From Octopus bimaculoides (taxonomy: Eukaryota), in assembly GCF_001194135.2 (NCBI RefSeq), contig NC_068982.1:36133167-36197166 (forward strand): 64,000 nucleotides of DNA. The letters are read 5' to 3'. The notes under the pieces were generated by a model. The model ran no database searches. It saw only the letters and a program-made list of their open reading frames with translations, and was not told the origin of the DNA. Of this stretch, positions 38,404 to 50,132 are shown piece by piece; positions within the stretch are counted from its first letter, which is position 1; every line of letters starts with the position of its first letter. The position numbers and the translations under genes were made by a program.

Positions 38404-40386
38404 AATTAAAACTGAGAATTTGTTTGTGACTCATGCCTGATGATGTGCTGGCACGAAACTTGAGTCACAAGACAAGCTCTTTGTTTCACTTTTAATAAAG
38501 AAACTATATCATCTATGACATGTATTGAGCACTCCTTTCCCATTCACATTAATAGCACTTATATATATATATATCTGAACGAGGTATTAACAGTAACTGC
38601 ACGACAAGGTGAAGTATATAAGTATATTTGCCATATATATATATATATATAAAATTGCTGATGTAAACGTTGGTTGGCTAGCTCATTGGTTGATTTCTCT
38701 AATCACACTTTACATTGTATAAAGAGAGAGAGGAAAGGAGAGATACAGAGATGGTTACTATATGAGGTGCAGAATGAGTGCACATGCAATGCTTAGTAGC
38801 AAGCAATGAGTAAAGAAATGCAACACTTTCTATTGAGTATGTCTGGGAAGAGTGTCAGTATCTTTTTCCTGTATTCATACAGCCTCTTTAATTTGAATTA
38901 ATGTTGGGTCTTTTGGATGCATGGGAAGAATTTTTACTTATTCTTTTATTAATCCATTGTTTTTCTACTGCATCTTGATTGAGTATGGATATTTGCTTCA
39001 TTATATTCTTGCCAGTGTTTTATGTTTTTTTCACGTACACTTCAAATTGTTCCTCCTATATGGGTTGTGATGGTGTCTTTATATTGCCCTCCCATGTATC
39101 TCATGTGGTACACTATATTTCTGTTTTTGCAGATAAAGAATTTCTTTATTTCTTTAATTTAATTGTGGATTATATTAGCATGTATGCATATTTAAATACC
39201 AGTACATGATAACAAAAGCCAAGTTACATATGTTTGTTCTCACAATCATATGACATTTGATTGCTCTTTCTACTTCTAATTCTTTGATATCATATTTCAA
39301 GGAAAAATAATTTTCATTGTTATGGATCAAATTTCTTAATGTTTGAATTGAAAAGGATCATTCTAAAATTATTTGTTTTGCATTTATAGATTCAAAATAT
39401 TTATTGTACAAAAAGCTACTAGTAAAAGTGGAGATTATTTGTTAAAACAATAAATCTATAAAATATAATTATATATTTATATGTGTGAATGTGCATAAGT
39501 GTATACATGTGAATATCATTATATACAAACATACATGCATGTGTGCACACACACATGCTCATGCAGACACAAACACACGTAATTGAATTTATCTCATTTC
39601 TATCATTTTCCCCATGTATTGCCTTGATTTTTTTTTTCTTTTATCATCCTTATTCTCTATATTTTCTAATTAAGATGTTTGTTTTGGAATCATGTGGCTC
39701 TGGGTACAATGCCACAGAGTGGCATTTTCAGCAAGTCTTTTATTATAGCTCTAAGTTGACCAATACTTTGCGAGAGAAATTTGGTAGATGGAAACTTTGC
39801 AGAAACTTGTCACATTATAATCATTTTATGTGCTTGAATTGGTTGGTCAGGTTTACCCTTGTACAGTGTTTCACCACATGTTTTGGTCCATTATCATTTC
39901 TGTCATGAAGTTTAGCCTTCTGAAATCATCTTACATTTCCCAAGTCTTCCTCTGCAATTAAATTCCACTTGTATCTCCTGGCATTTTTTTCATCTAACTG
40001 TCACCCTTCATATGTATCACATGTGTGTACCAGTGCAGTTTGCTCAGTTGCACACTATAGATGATTCATTTTATTATCAGTTTACCTCTTAACTAATTTG
40101 TACTCTGTAGTTCATTCACTCTAACATTACATATCCAGTAGAGCATGCTTACCTCATTTCTCTCCAGCCTTATCCACTGCATTGAAAGCTTATGCAATAT
40201 AACATTTTATGCACAAGTATCATAAAATTTGTTCTCTATTATTTTTGTTGGCAGTAGGAATAATAATTCACTGAACTTTTTCCTTTTTCTTTTCACTCTG
40301 ACTACTATTCTTTCAGAATACTTACCTCCACAATTAATCATATCACCTGAGTAACAGAATCTACTTCTAGGAAGCTTTCCAGCTAT
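21759..40386 (-). CDS. Phytanoyl-CoA dioxygenase (PhyH) family Fe(II)/2OG dioxygenase, spliced; complement(join(21759..21884,23708..23903,24803..24887,26830..26935,27618..27712,28842..28983,32078..32178,34353..34470,36917..37074,40326..40386))
   Basis: Ten GT-AG exons in phase. [17 protein letters not shown] (PhyH N-terminal motif), [26 protein letters not shown] (HxD), [32 protein letters not shown] (distal His), RWSVDLRW (2OG-binding Arg). About 380 aa from the ATG at 40341; the start codon is uncertain. Confidence 0.9.
22020..22190 (-). mobile_element. SINE family A, degenerate
   Basis: gactggtactttatttcattgatc..gaatgaaaggcaatgttgatc core. Confidence 0.6.
22190..22480 (-). mobile_element. 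SINE family B
   Basis: atcatcatcatttaacatccattttccatg..ttctacagctggatgcacttcctaacaccaaccac. Confidence 0.75.
23708..23903 (-). CDS. PhyH-like exon
   Basis: ttcacag|T TTG..AAG|gtatat; [65 protein letters not shown]. Confidence 0.9.
24115..24325 (-). mobile_element. SINE family A
   Basis: ggtactaattttatcgaccctgaaaggatgaaaggcaaagtcaacctcggtggaattgaa. Confidence 0.85.
24488..24690 (-). mobile_element. SINE family A
   Basis: ggtacttattttattgaccccgaaaggatgaaaggcaaagtcgacctcagcagaatctgaactc. Confidence 0.85.
24803..24887 (-). CDS. PhyH-like exon (distal His)
   Basis: atcttcag|GT GTT..CGA AG|gtaaat; [28 protein letters not shown]. Confidence 0.9.
25690..25885 (-). mobile_element. SINE family C head, degenerate
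   Basis: aaatttcacccagaaagctttggttaatccaag..gacttgcttaaggtgacatgg. Confidence 0.5.
26830..26935 (-). CDS. PhyH-like exon
   Basis: tttaatag|ATG..TTA G|gtaaga; [35 protein letters not shown]. Confidence 0.9.
27618..27712 (-). CDS. PhyH-like exon
   Basis: ttttccag|AT AGT..CAA|gtaaat; [32 protein letters not shown]. Confidence 0.92.
27775..27975 (-). mobile_element. SINE family A
   Basis: ggtactcattgacctcaaaaggatgaaaggcaaaatcaat core. Confidence 0.8.
28842..28983 (-). CDS. PhyH-like exon (ends in WHQ)
   Basis: cacaaaag|AGT..CAA G|gtaaca; [47 protein letters not shown]; atypical AAG acceptor. Confidence 0.88.
29400..29600 (+). mobile_element. SINE family B with (GAT)n tail
   Basis: cactctgtaaagtggttg..aggaaaggcatccagctg..cattaaatgatgatgatg. 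Confidence 0.75.
30020..30220 (+). mobile_element. SINE family B
   Basis: aaagcactcagtacactctgtaaaatggttggcattaggaagggcatccag..taaatgatgatgatg. Confidence 0.8.
30297..30399. other. Assembly gap (N) within a (TA)n tract
   Basis: 103 N. Confidence 0.99.
30411..30818 (+). pseudogene. H3: Histone H3 (replication-dependent, H3.2-type) pseudogene
   Basis: Intronless and colinear with H3 from A1 to A135 (A31, S87-A88-V89-M90, S96). ATG is replaced by (TA)n-CAG. It has 17 changes relative to canonical H3, including R134->TGA; the original TAA is at 30816-30818. Confidence 0.93.
30845..30860 (+). promoter_or_regulatory. Degenerate histone mRNA 3' stem-loop
   Basis: AAAC-GGCCCT-TTCA-AGTGCC-ACC, 26 nt after the H3 stop; one stem mismatch relative to the GGCCCT-NNNN-AGGGCC consensus. 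Confidence 0.8.
31691..31762. repeat. 26-bp minisatellite, about 2.8 copies
   Basis: tactgaatgaggacttgtggactgga / tactaaatgaggacttgtggactgga / tattaaatgaggacttgtgg. Confidence 0.95.
32078..32178 (-). CDS. PhyH-like exon
   Basis: atttctag|AC CTT..AAG|gtaatt; [34 protein letters not shown]. Confidence 0.88.
33218..33683. mobile_element. hAT/Charlie-like non-autonomous element with a nested family A SINE (about 33460-33610)
   Basis: TIR CAGTGCTACTCAAA / TTTGAGAAGCACTG (13/14 match); 8-bp TSD GTGTATGG / ATGTATGG. Confidence 0.8.
34353..34470 (-). CDS. PhyH-like exon
   Basis: atatcag|GGT..AGT G|gtatgt; [39 protein letters not shown]. Confidence 0.9.
34520..35690 (+). mobile_element. RTE-clade LINE remnant (RT and C-terminus)
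   Basis: Degenerate [37 protein letters not shown] and G.RKTWDKV motifs with many stops. Confidence 0.75.
36380..36690 (+). mobile_element. SINE family B with long (GAT/GAC)n tail
   Basis: ccagtacactctgtaaag..aagagcatctaacagaaaccatgccaaaa..gatgatgatg. Confidence 0.65.
36917..37074 (-). CDS. PhyH-like exon
   Basis: catacag|AG AAC..GAT GAG|gtaaat; [48 protein letters not shown]. Confidence 0.88.
37600..38060 (-). mobile_element. RTE-like LINE 3' remnant
   Basis: ORF ..[29 protein letters not shown].. resembles the WNPQGKRKRGRPK.TWRR terminal motif. Confidence 0.7.
38341..38404. repeat. (CT)n(CA)n compound microsatellite
   Basis: Seen directly. Confidence 0.95.
40326..40386 (-). CDS. PhyH-like 5' exon (contains candidate ATG at 40341)
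   Basis: tttttttcag|ATA GCT GGA..TGT GGA G|gtaagt; [20 protein letters not shown]; its phase matches the next exon. Confidence 0.6.
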
Positions 40387-40869
40387 CTGAAAAAAAACCC
40401 TATTATATATGTACTTGATATGATAATAAATGGGCACCTTCCTTTTCTGACTGTCTGCCTGTTGATCCCACTGCATCTCTTGTGCACCCACATAAAATTA
40501 CCAACCAACCAACCAACCATCCCTCCCTCCCTCTCTCATTCTGTAAAATAAAGCAAAATATTTGTTAGAATGGTGTCCTCATCTTGATTGTCGCTTTCAC
40601 TATGTTTTGGCTGTATCAGTTCTAGTCTTCTTCAGGTGTTTTGTGATTCACCTCAGTGCCTTGCCTGGGATTGAACTCAGGACTTCTAGGTGACTGCACA
40701 GTATTAACCAGTATTCTTATCCACTACACTATGCCTGTATGCAGTGTTCTTATTCACACTAGCTCACTGCTTTCCATTTTTTAAAGGCTAACAATGCAGA
40801 ACATTGGCAAAATGCTTACTTTCAGCAATTGTCCTTGTTAAGCAAACTTGATATCTTGCTTCTCTTCCA

Positions 40870-41515
40870 AATACCCGATACTGTTCTTAATCACCCAATT
40901 TCTTCCATTCTTTTTAGAATCATCTCTTAGCTTTTATGGTCTAAGCCACTGTACCATTCCACCACCATATCACTTTGTTGGTTGGAAACTTATTCCATTC
41001 AGAGAACTGGTTGTCTTGTAGAAACTCCCAGTTTTGTCTTTTGTGTGATAAACCTCTATCTCCTTCTGGTCATCATAATCTCACTTAATACTTCTTTTGA
41101 AGCTATATACAGCTAAAGGAACTTTCAGTTTCCATTCTTTCTCTAAATTGGCTTCCCTCTCTGGGCTTATCTAGCTCTTGTTTTGATTTCACTGATTTCT
41201 ATGCTGAGTGGTACATTTTTCCGGGAAAAGACTCAGTATTCACAACCATCTGTCCTCTTATAGTGAGTAAGGAGTGTATCTGGCTTATGTGTTCACCCAA
41301 GTGATAAGTGATCAGGTAAAGTTCAAGAAATTGATCAGTTTTCTGTGATGGAAATGACCTAATCATAGAGCTCATAGGACCTTGGGTCCTTTTCATTCTG
41401 TGTAACATAAATATAACCTCCATGAACATTGAAACTGCTATCATTATGTTACTGTGTCCATTTAAATCACTAGCAATGTTACTGTTGGTTGTTACTAAGG
41501 TGGTCTGCAAGACAA
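40870..41515 (-). mobile_element. RTE LINE AP-endonuclease remnant
   Basis: SDLNGHS (GDFNGHV-like) and YLITYHLGEHISQIHSLL..VNTESFPG (HLITYQSG..SQIDYIL-like). Confidence 0.7.
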
Positions 41516-41550
41516 CCTAACAGAAAAACAAAATAAAACCCTTTTACTTA

Positions 41551-42094
41551 TAAGGTGGTATCAAAAAGTTCCTGGACTAGTTATGTTCAATAAAAAATAA
41601 CTTATTTACCTAAGTTTTAACATAATCTCCTTTGAAATAGTTACCTTGTGCAGCAATACAATGGTCCCAGTGTTTCTGCCACTTTTGAGAGTTGTTTTCT
41701 ATAAATGAGTTGAGGACCTTCAGCGGTTCGCTCTAGATCTTGACAATGGTGTTAAAACAGCAACCGATGAGTTGCATTTTCATCTTGGGGAAGAGATAGA
41801 AGTCTGCAGGTGCTAAATCTGGTGAATAGGACAGGTGCAGAAGCAATACGCTGTTGTTTTTGGTGAGAAACTAATGAGTGAGGAGAGCTTGGTGACAGGG
41901 TGCATTGTCCTCATGAAGAATTCGATTCTTTGTGCTCCACAGATCTGATCACTTTTGCTGAATCCCCTCCCTCAAACACTTCCAAACATTGCAGTAGAAC
42001 TCTTAATTGATGGTCTGGCCCTGGAGGATGAATTCTTGATGCACAATATTGTGGGTGTGGAAAAAAAATGATGAACATGCTCTTGATTGAACTG
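41551..42094 (-). mobile_element. mariner transposase 3' relic with one TIR
   Basis: Minus frame DNAPCHQALL..LSYSPDLAPADFYLFPKMK (YSPDLAP motif); terminal taaggtggtatcaaaaagttcc at 41551. Confidence 0.85.
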
Positions 42095-42499
42095 CATATC
42101 ATTATGTACTAATGATATGTCCCATATCATTAGTACATAACTGAAAACTCCATTTTATTTAGTGATTCAAGGAAGCATAGACGGGAATTGCTTTGTTATC
42201 ATCTGTACGTAAATACAAGGATCCAAGTTTATTATTGCAACACAACAAAACATTTTTTACTTATATAAAAATCATACAATTTACACTGATGAATTATTGA
42301 GAGTTAAGTGTCCATGAGAGAGAGAGCCATGCTTAGCACACAAAGTATCAGTCTTTCAGAGGTAGGATAACACTCTATTAACTTAGCTGACTGTAACTGT
42401 GATTCAGTTTAGCTAAGCAGACGTTCTGTATACAAACATGTTTCTTCAGCTAATGATCAGTTGTTAACCTGTATTCATCTTCTAATTCTTTCATTAATA

Positions 42500-42706
42500 T
42501 TGTTTCGAATTTTGGTACAAGGCCAGCAATTCCAGGGGAAGGTTAAGTTGATTATATTGACCCAGTGCTCAACTGGTACTTATTTTAAAGACCTTGAAAG
42601 GCTGAAAAGCAAAGTCAACTTCAGTGAAATTTGAATTTAGAATGTAAAGATGGATGAAATGCTGCTAAGCATTTTGCCTGGCATGCAAACGATTCCACCA
42701 GCTCAT
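42500..42706 (-). mobile_element. SINE family A (left member of an inverted pair)
   Basis: ggtacttattttaaagaccttgaaaggctgaaaagcaaagtcaacttcag core. Confidence 0.85.
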
Positions 42707-42736
42707 ACTTTTACTAATATAACAATTGCCTCTAAA

Positions 42737-42950
42737 GTGGTGAGCTGGTAAAATTGTTAGCACACTGGACAAAATGCTTAATGACATTTTGTCCGTCTTT
42801 ATGTTCTGAGTTCAAATTCCGCTGAGGTTGACTTTGTCTTTCATCCTTTTGAGGTTAATAAAATATATACCATTTGAATCCTGGGGTTGATATAATCGAC
42901 TTACCCCAATCCCTGAAATTGCTGGCATTGTGCAAAATTTGAAACCAATA
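42737..42950 (+). mobile_element. SINE family A (right member of an inverted pair)
   Basis: gttctgagttcaaattccgctgaggttgactttgtctttcatccttttg core. Confidence 0.85.
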
Positions 42951-45900
42951 TTAGAATTGTCTTTGAATTAACAAACTTTAAACCTTCGTCTACGTAATGT
43001 ATATGTCTTATTCTATCGCTTCTAGTGTCACTCTTACTCTGCACTAGATCTATACTAAAAACACTTAGCTCAATTGTTCCTCTTCATAAATACATCTATT
43101 TCAAACTTCTTCTTAATACATTTTCTTTTCTTACAATTAACTTGTAAGTTGGGGAAAACTGAAGTAAATAAATATATATGGTTGTTGTTCTTTCTGCAAC
43201 CAAATTTACAAAAAAAATCAAAATTGATGTAGTGTTAATAAGTTTCATATTTACTGTTCAGTTCAACTGCTCAGAATCTTAATCAATTTGCCAAAACACT
43301 TCTATAAAATGAAACAAAATATAAAAAACTCCATTTAAAAGGAATATTTTGCAAATAAATCTTTAATAACTAGAAAAGATAAATACAGACATTTCCTTAA
43401 AAGTCAAAATTAATTGATTTATTTAAAATTTTATTAGGAGAATCTTAGTATGCTTTATCCTTTGAATATGAATATTTAAAAAATATATATATAAAATGTT
43501 TGTAGCCTTAAGAATACTCTTTTAGAAGGATTTCAGATATAATTCTTCATTTAAGAAATGTCTATTACCAATACTGACAAAATTTGTAGTATCTAATTCT
43601 TTGAAGCATATTTTCAACTCTTTATGAATGTACTCCCTTATCTATACCTTGTTGAGAACAACTGCTGCAAATTTTCCAAGAATTTAGAGATGTGTGAGTG
43701 GATATATTGAAACTTCACATAAAAAGGCACTATTGAAACTAATTCAAATTTTTATTTTATAAATCTCTGATACTATGATTTTATTTTAAAATTATAAGCT
43801 TGGCAAAGAAGGCATATAAAACTACGAAACACACTTTTACCCATTTTATGATAAATATCCAAAGCTCTTTTAGGCAGTTTTTATCAAAAGCATTTAAATT
43901 TCTTTCTAGAAGAAATTTTAAATAATTGAAGTTTTCTCATAATACAATCAATATTGCAACTATTCCATAAATAAATGCTTAATACAGAGTGCTCAATAGT
44001 TGTAAATGTTTTGTAGACAATACAGCTTTTCACATATGTATGCAGTTTTTTTTGGGTGGCAAGACAATCTATATTATTAGGCCTTAAAGAATCTCATAAA
44101 ATCTCCTGATACTGGGTGCAGCGATTCATTTACATTGCTCTTTAGGGAAGTAGGGGTAGCATAATTTTTAAGCATGTTGTCATTAAATATAGTAGTCGAG
44201 TCAGTATAAAACTTTTATGGAGAGATGAAATAAATAATTGTTTTATCACAAAACAAAGTGCTTGACTTCCTGGAGAAGGGGCTGATAATCATTGAAGAGT
44301 TATGAAAGTTAAATATTGCACCTAATATCAAGAGATTTTATTAGATATTTTGTTTAATATCTAGTAATAAAGATTGCATTGTTTCCCAGTTTATTTCATT
44401 AAATAACTGCATGCATGCACACATACACCTTTATCTTCAGCTGTGATGTTTTCCAAGTTCACTCTTCAGTCATGAATTCTCATTTCTTATGACTTGAAAC
44501 AAATTACTTATTTTTAAAATGATGAGCTAGTAACATATGAAACAATAATTTGGAAAACTAATTAAATTTGTATAATTATTTAGAAATAATAATTGCTTCT
44601 CAGATTTTATGTTTAAATCCAGGAGAAATGAGACAACAAAAATGAAAATTTATTTTTAAGCACTTAATACTTTGATGAATTAGAAACTCGTCTTCATGAG
44701 TGAATCATAACTCAGAGGGTAACTATACATACACTTTTTGGTTGTGTCCCTATATCTTTATTATTTATATACAAAATAAAATGTATGCTATTTGTATTGC
44801 ATATACATAGTGCATATATATATACACACACACAGAGACAGACATATACATATTACATATATATGTATACATCATATATATGTTAAAAACATACACACAC
44901 ATGATGTGCACAATCACACATAGCTTGAAAATAGTAAAATAAACCTGGATTGCAACTCTAACATTTTCCCATAGATTGAGGACAGATTTTGTTTATAAAA
45001 TTGATAAATAACAATTGGGTAAGATATGCATATATTTACACATAGGAACTCACTTTGCAATACATTTTTTGCTTGTATATAACAGAAATATTAAACATGT
45101 ATGTAATATCATATGAATTTTTGGATGGCTATACCCCAAAAAGGAATACTGTATATGCATAATAATATACAAATATAATTTTGTAGCATTACTATAAATA
45201 GATGTGTATTTAATACACATAAAGTTTTATATACACACTTATAGAAATATAAAGATTCCATGATAATAGCTATGAAGTGAGACATTTTACTTCAAATAAA
45301 ACAGGTTTTTCTCTTTCCAAACCAAATTATTTTTGATAATATTTTTCTTGTGCTTAGGGTTTACAACTTTGATTGCACAAACAAACAAAACCATAGAATA
45401 CTTTATATATGTATATATACTATGCATATTTCAGTATTTTAATAAATTATATTAAAGTTTTATATACTATAAAATTTTTAGCATATATATATATTATATT
45501 GTGGACCCAATGTATTTCTCTTTATTGTTTGGGTTCATATGTCTGTAGATATGCATTTCATTAAAAATTCAAAAATAAACTTGAAGATACACATTTTGTT
45601 TTCATTTTTCACTTATTTATCTTTAAAGCAAAAATTAAACAAAAACTAAAGACCCATGTACAGAATTTTCCAGATTACATTTTTCATTAGAAATAAAAAT
45701 AAACAACATAAATATTAATTAAAAATACAATAGGGGTGATGACACAATTTTCAGAAAAAAATATATTAAATCATAATATAATTTCTTTATTTAGACACAA
45801 CTAAAAAGTTTTAATAGTTAGAGAATAAAATGGATGTAGAATGAGAATTTATGATTTAGAATACAGCACTTTAGTTCTAATTCATAGTTTATTGATTCTT

Positions 45901-46146
45901 GTTTGTAAAAATAACACAAAATATTTCCAATGCAACAACATTTATGTTCAGAAACACATTTTTATTTACTTTTTTGGAATTTATAAATACATTTCAAGGT
46001 AATATACTTTGATAATGGCCCCAAATTTTGCAACATTTGAGATTCTTAGATTTATGTAAGGTTCAGTGATATGACCTATTTATTGACATAGCAGGGCATA
46101 TAAACAAATGCATGTGGAATATCAATGGTATGTGAGCAATGTGGTG

Positions 46147-46361
46147 TTAACCATTTTGTTACTATATTTCTGTTGAGATACATTGCTTTTGTTTCAATTA
46201 ATTTTGAAAATAATAAGGAATTTAGTACAATAATTCAATATTAAACTGAAGTCTAGAACATAAATGTCAGTTGGGTGTAAGGTTTTGATTCAGATCACTT
46301 TAAAATAGGAATTTTTTAACATAGACCAGAGGTGGTATCAGTTTGGTATAAAAAGGGTTAA
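46147..46361. mobile_element. TTAA-flanked MITE, family 2
   Basis: TTAA-CCATTTTGTTAC ... GGTATAAAAAGGG-TTAA; homologous to 49907-50132. Confidence 0.7.
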
Positions 46362-49300
46362 ACAAGGTCAGATCATTTGGCCAGTGACACCTCATCACTT
46401 TGTATAACAGTCAGAAAGTTATAAATTTTTTTTATAATAGTCACATTTTTCCAAAATTGGAAATTCTTATATTTTTGAACTTTGATTAATTTTCTTTGAT
46501 TTTTGGACATTTGAGAATATTCTAACTATAGAGATTAATAATCTTTTCTTTCTTTGTCAAAACTTATGATGACTTAGAACAATCCAGTTACTTGCCTTGC
46601 ACACCATCCAATCCAATAATTTATCCACATGACAGGCAGCCACATTTACTATTGTCTATCACAAAAGTAACAATGTTATACATTTCGATAGGTACACCAT
46701 AAAAACAAATGAAATAGAGATAAAAATGATTTAAGATTTATAATTCTCATTTTTAATAATGATTTGAAAATTGTTTGAAAACAAATTTTCTTTCTTTTCT
46801 TATTTTGTGATGAAGCAAAATTTAGGGTCCTGACTTTGCATATTACCCTATTTTTAGTGTTATTATTTTTAACTTCAATAATTAAGGGCTCAAACTTTAT
46901 GTTGATAAAAAATGTGCCAAAGATCATGTATAGAAGAACATTTCAATTTTCAAGTGTATCATATCTTATATTTAATATGTTGATCAATTCTAAATACCAC
47001 AGTAATTGTAGAGAATCTAAACATTTACAGTTTTAAAATGTTTGCGAATGAAAGTTGGGAAAATGGAAATTAACAAATTTTCAAATCTTAAGGCACTGCA
47101 TATAATAACGGTTTGATTTGAAATTTTAATAAAAAAAATGTAATGGCATTTGGGCATGAAATTTTAGCTGCTTGAAGCTTTCTAAAGCAGAATTTAAAAC
47201 ATAACATGAGATATATTACGTGGTACAAAATTGAGAGTTACATTTGAAAAGCGTTTATGCTAACCACCATTTGGCTTTGGATGAAGAATTTCAACAAATT
47301 TTGATGCTTTTGAAGGAGATAGCGTAAGATATTTATTTCCAAAATACAAATGTGATTGTCAACAAAAATATTTAAAAGCTAAATTAAATCCCATTATTAC
47401 AGTATTAATTTGAATTTTCTTTTAATTTCAAGTATACTAATTGAAATGCAATTCCACTTCAGTGGAGAATGAGACATAAAAGGTTGGTGCCAACAAAAAC
47501 AAGCTTAATTAGTATTTATAATAAATACTTAGAGTTAAGAAAGGTAACAGCTATTAAATCTATTCAAAATGAAAAATATTTAATGTTTGGCAGATAATTT
47601 GACTTTTAGCTATTTTAGTAAAGTATTAAAAGAAATGAAATTTCTTCTTTTGAAATTTACTTGTAAGATAGATATAAATGGAACTTAACCATTGAGGTTA
47701 ATCACTCAGAGATACCAACTGCATGAAGAATAATAGTTAAGTTAGCATATTTATTGTAACGGACATTAGTCAGTTAATTAAAACATCTATGTGACGAGGA
47801 AAAGCTTAATGACTAATATTTTAAATAATTTTGGTAAGTACAAGAGACAGCTCCAGACATGTTTCAATTTCATAAAGCTGACTCAACAAAGCTGAAAAAA
47901 GATTCTTATAAATTTTAAGCTTTACCTATCAATATTAAACACAAAATACAATGCAAATAAAAAATTCAGTTGAACTATTAATGCAAGTAGATGGTTATTA
48001 TATGTATCAAATAATTAAAAAACAAGGACTATTGATAGTTTGTCAATAGCTCGATTACAAAAGTTAAGAAATCAAATTATATGTATTTCATCAATTTCAA
48101 ATGTAAGTGATGTAAGTTTGAAAGAAAAATATAACAAGTGTTCTGAACACTTTTATTGAAGAAACTAGATAAATTGGAAAAGATACCATTTATGTTGTCC
48201 AAGTAGCATAAAGAGCATGGAGATTTTAGATGTCTGACAAGAGAATTTTACACTGACAAGTTTTAATTATTAGAATTTGGCATTTTCAAATTCTTAATTA
48301 ACTGAAATTTTAAAATTTTAGTCATATTGAAAGCAATTGAATACATCAATGTAATTTAAGCATTATCAAACTAAAGTGGTTTTTAGACAGGCAGATCATT
48401 AGGAAAACCCAGTTCTAAACTAGGTGTTGTAAACCTTTAAACCACAATAAACAGACTTAAAATATGAAACACTTACACAGAATATATGAAAGTGCTTATG
48501 ACACAACAAATGTATCAGAAAGAGCATTTGACTAGAATATTTTGCTCATTCACCTCAAATCCTTGTTAGGAAAAGGTAATGGTTACGTCTTTACTATTGA
48601 AGTAAATAAAAATGACCATTTACTGTATGCTGATATAAAAAATTGTTAAAAAGAATGTGAGACATGAAAATATGAAGTAATGAGTTTTCTTTGGTACAAA
48701 TTTCTTTTAAGTTAGAAAGAGGATATGATTGACAAACTTAATCTATTAGTATTACTTCTACCAATTACAGAGGATGAAATGCAAAATCAGCCATAGCAGG
48801 TTTTGTATTAAAAAAACTAAAGGTCTAAGTTGAATATTATAAAGCCTCTAGTCTATAACAACTTCACTGCGCTGGAATATGTAACGGTCATGCTATTCTT
48901 AAAGTGAACATGTAATAATACAAACTAAGTCATGGACTATTGAGTAGAATTATTTCTAGAAAAATTCCTTAATGATGAAATATTACATTTGATTAAAAGT
49001 ATAGGTGAGGAATAATATATTTTTATTTGAATATGCAAGATAGCAGATAAATACACTAAAATTTAGTAAAATAAGAATTAAGTACTAAAGAGGAAAGCTG
49101 TAATTAATTCCATTTTAAAAAATAAATGTTAATTACTTACAAAAATATAACTCCTTTCCAAACATTTATTAGGCCAGGCAATCACATCTATTAAATTCTA
49201 TCATAACCACAGTTTCTGGCTGCATGTACAATGGCTACTATATTAAAGTAGATCAAACATAATACTTGAAATGAATTTTTTAAATGAGAGGAGTTTCAGC

Positions 49301-49906
49301 ATTGTTATTTTCTAATTGATTTTGTTATAAAAGAAATTTCAGATATTGTTAACAACTCTTTGGTGCAAATGGATTAATAATAATTTTCCTTACAAAGTAG
49401 TGAAGTTGATTTACAGGTCAGTAAAATTAAAAATAGAAAAGGAAAGTGATGATAGTCCAATCATATTAGACATAAATAAAATTGATCCAGGTTGAAACTG
49501 AAACCAGACCAAGGACTCAATTTATCAAGAATTTATTACTGCATTGCAATGCCTTTTACAATAACAAAAATAAATCTATTTTATGAGGTGGAACTGCATC
49601 AGCGACCAGGCTGCTGAAGTATGATGAAACTTTTTGACACTTCATAAAAGACAGTACTATTAAGTCATAAATGAAAGCTGAATATAATAACTAGTGTGTG
49701 CTTTTAAATGGCTAAAATGGTTTTTCCATGACATAATTGTTTCAGTTCCAAAACATGATTTCAAATCAAGTCAAATTTGTAGAACTCTCAAATCTATTTC
49801 ATTCTTGGGATTAACAAATTTTGATCTAAAACGTTTTAATAATTTACTTCATTGAAAATTTGATAAAAGCAGTTTAAAGGAAAATGTTAAATCCTTTGAA
49901 GATGTA

Positions 49907-50132
49907 TTAACTCTTTGTTACTACAATTCAGTTGAAATTTACTTCCTTTCTACCAATTAATTTTTAAGATACTTAAGAATTTAATAAAATAACTGTCATT
50001 ATTAAGCTGGTGTTTGGAACATAAATTAACATGAAATTTTGATGGTAGGTTTTAATTTAGATCCTTTTAAAACAGAAAGCTTGTGTTACAGGCCCACAGT
50101 GGTCTCAGGCGGATTGGTACCGAACAGATTAA
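49907..50132. mobile_element. TTAA-flanked MITE, family 2
   Basis: TTAA-CTCTTTGTTAC ... GGTACCGAACAGA-TTAA; shares caattaattt, gaacataaat and gatc.ctttaaaa with 46147-46361. Confidence 0.7.
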
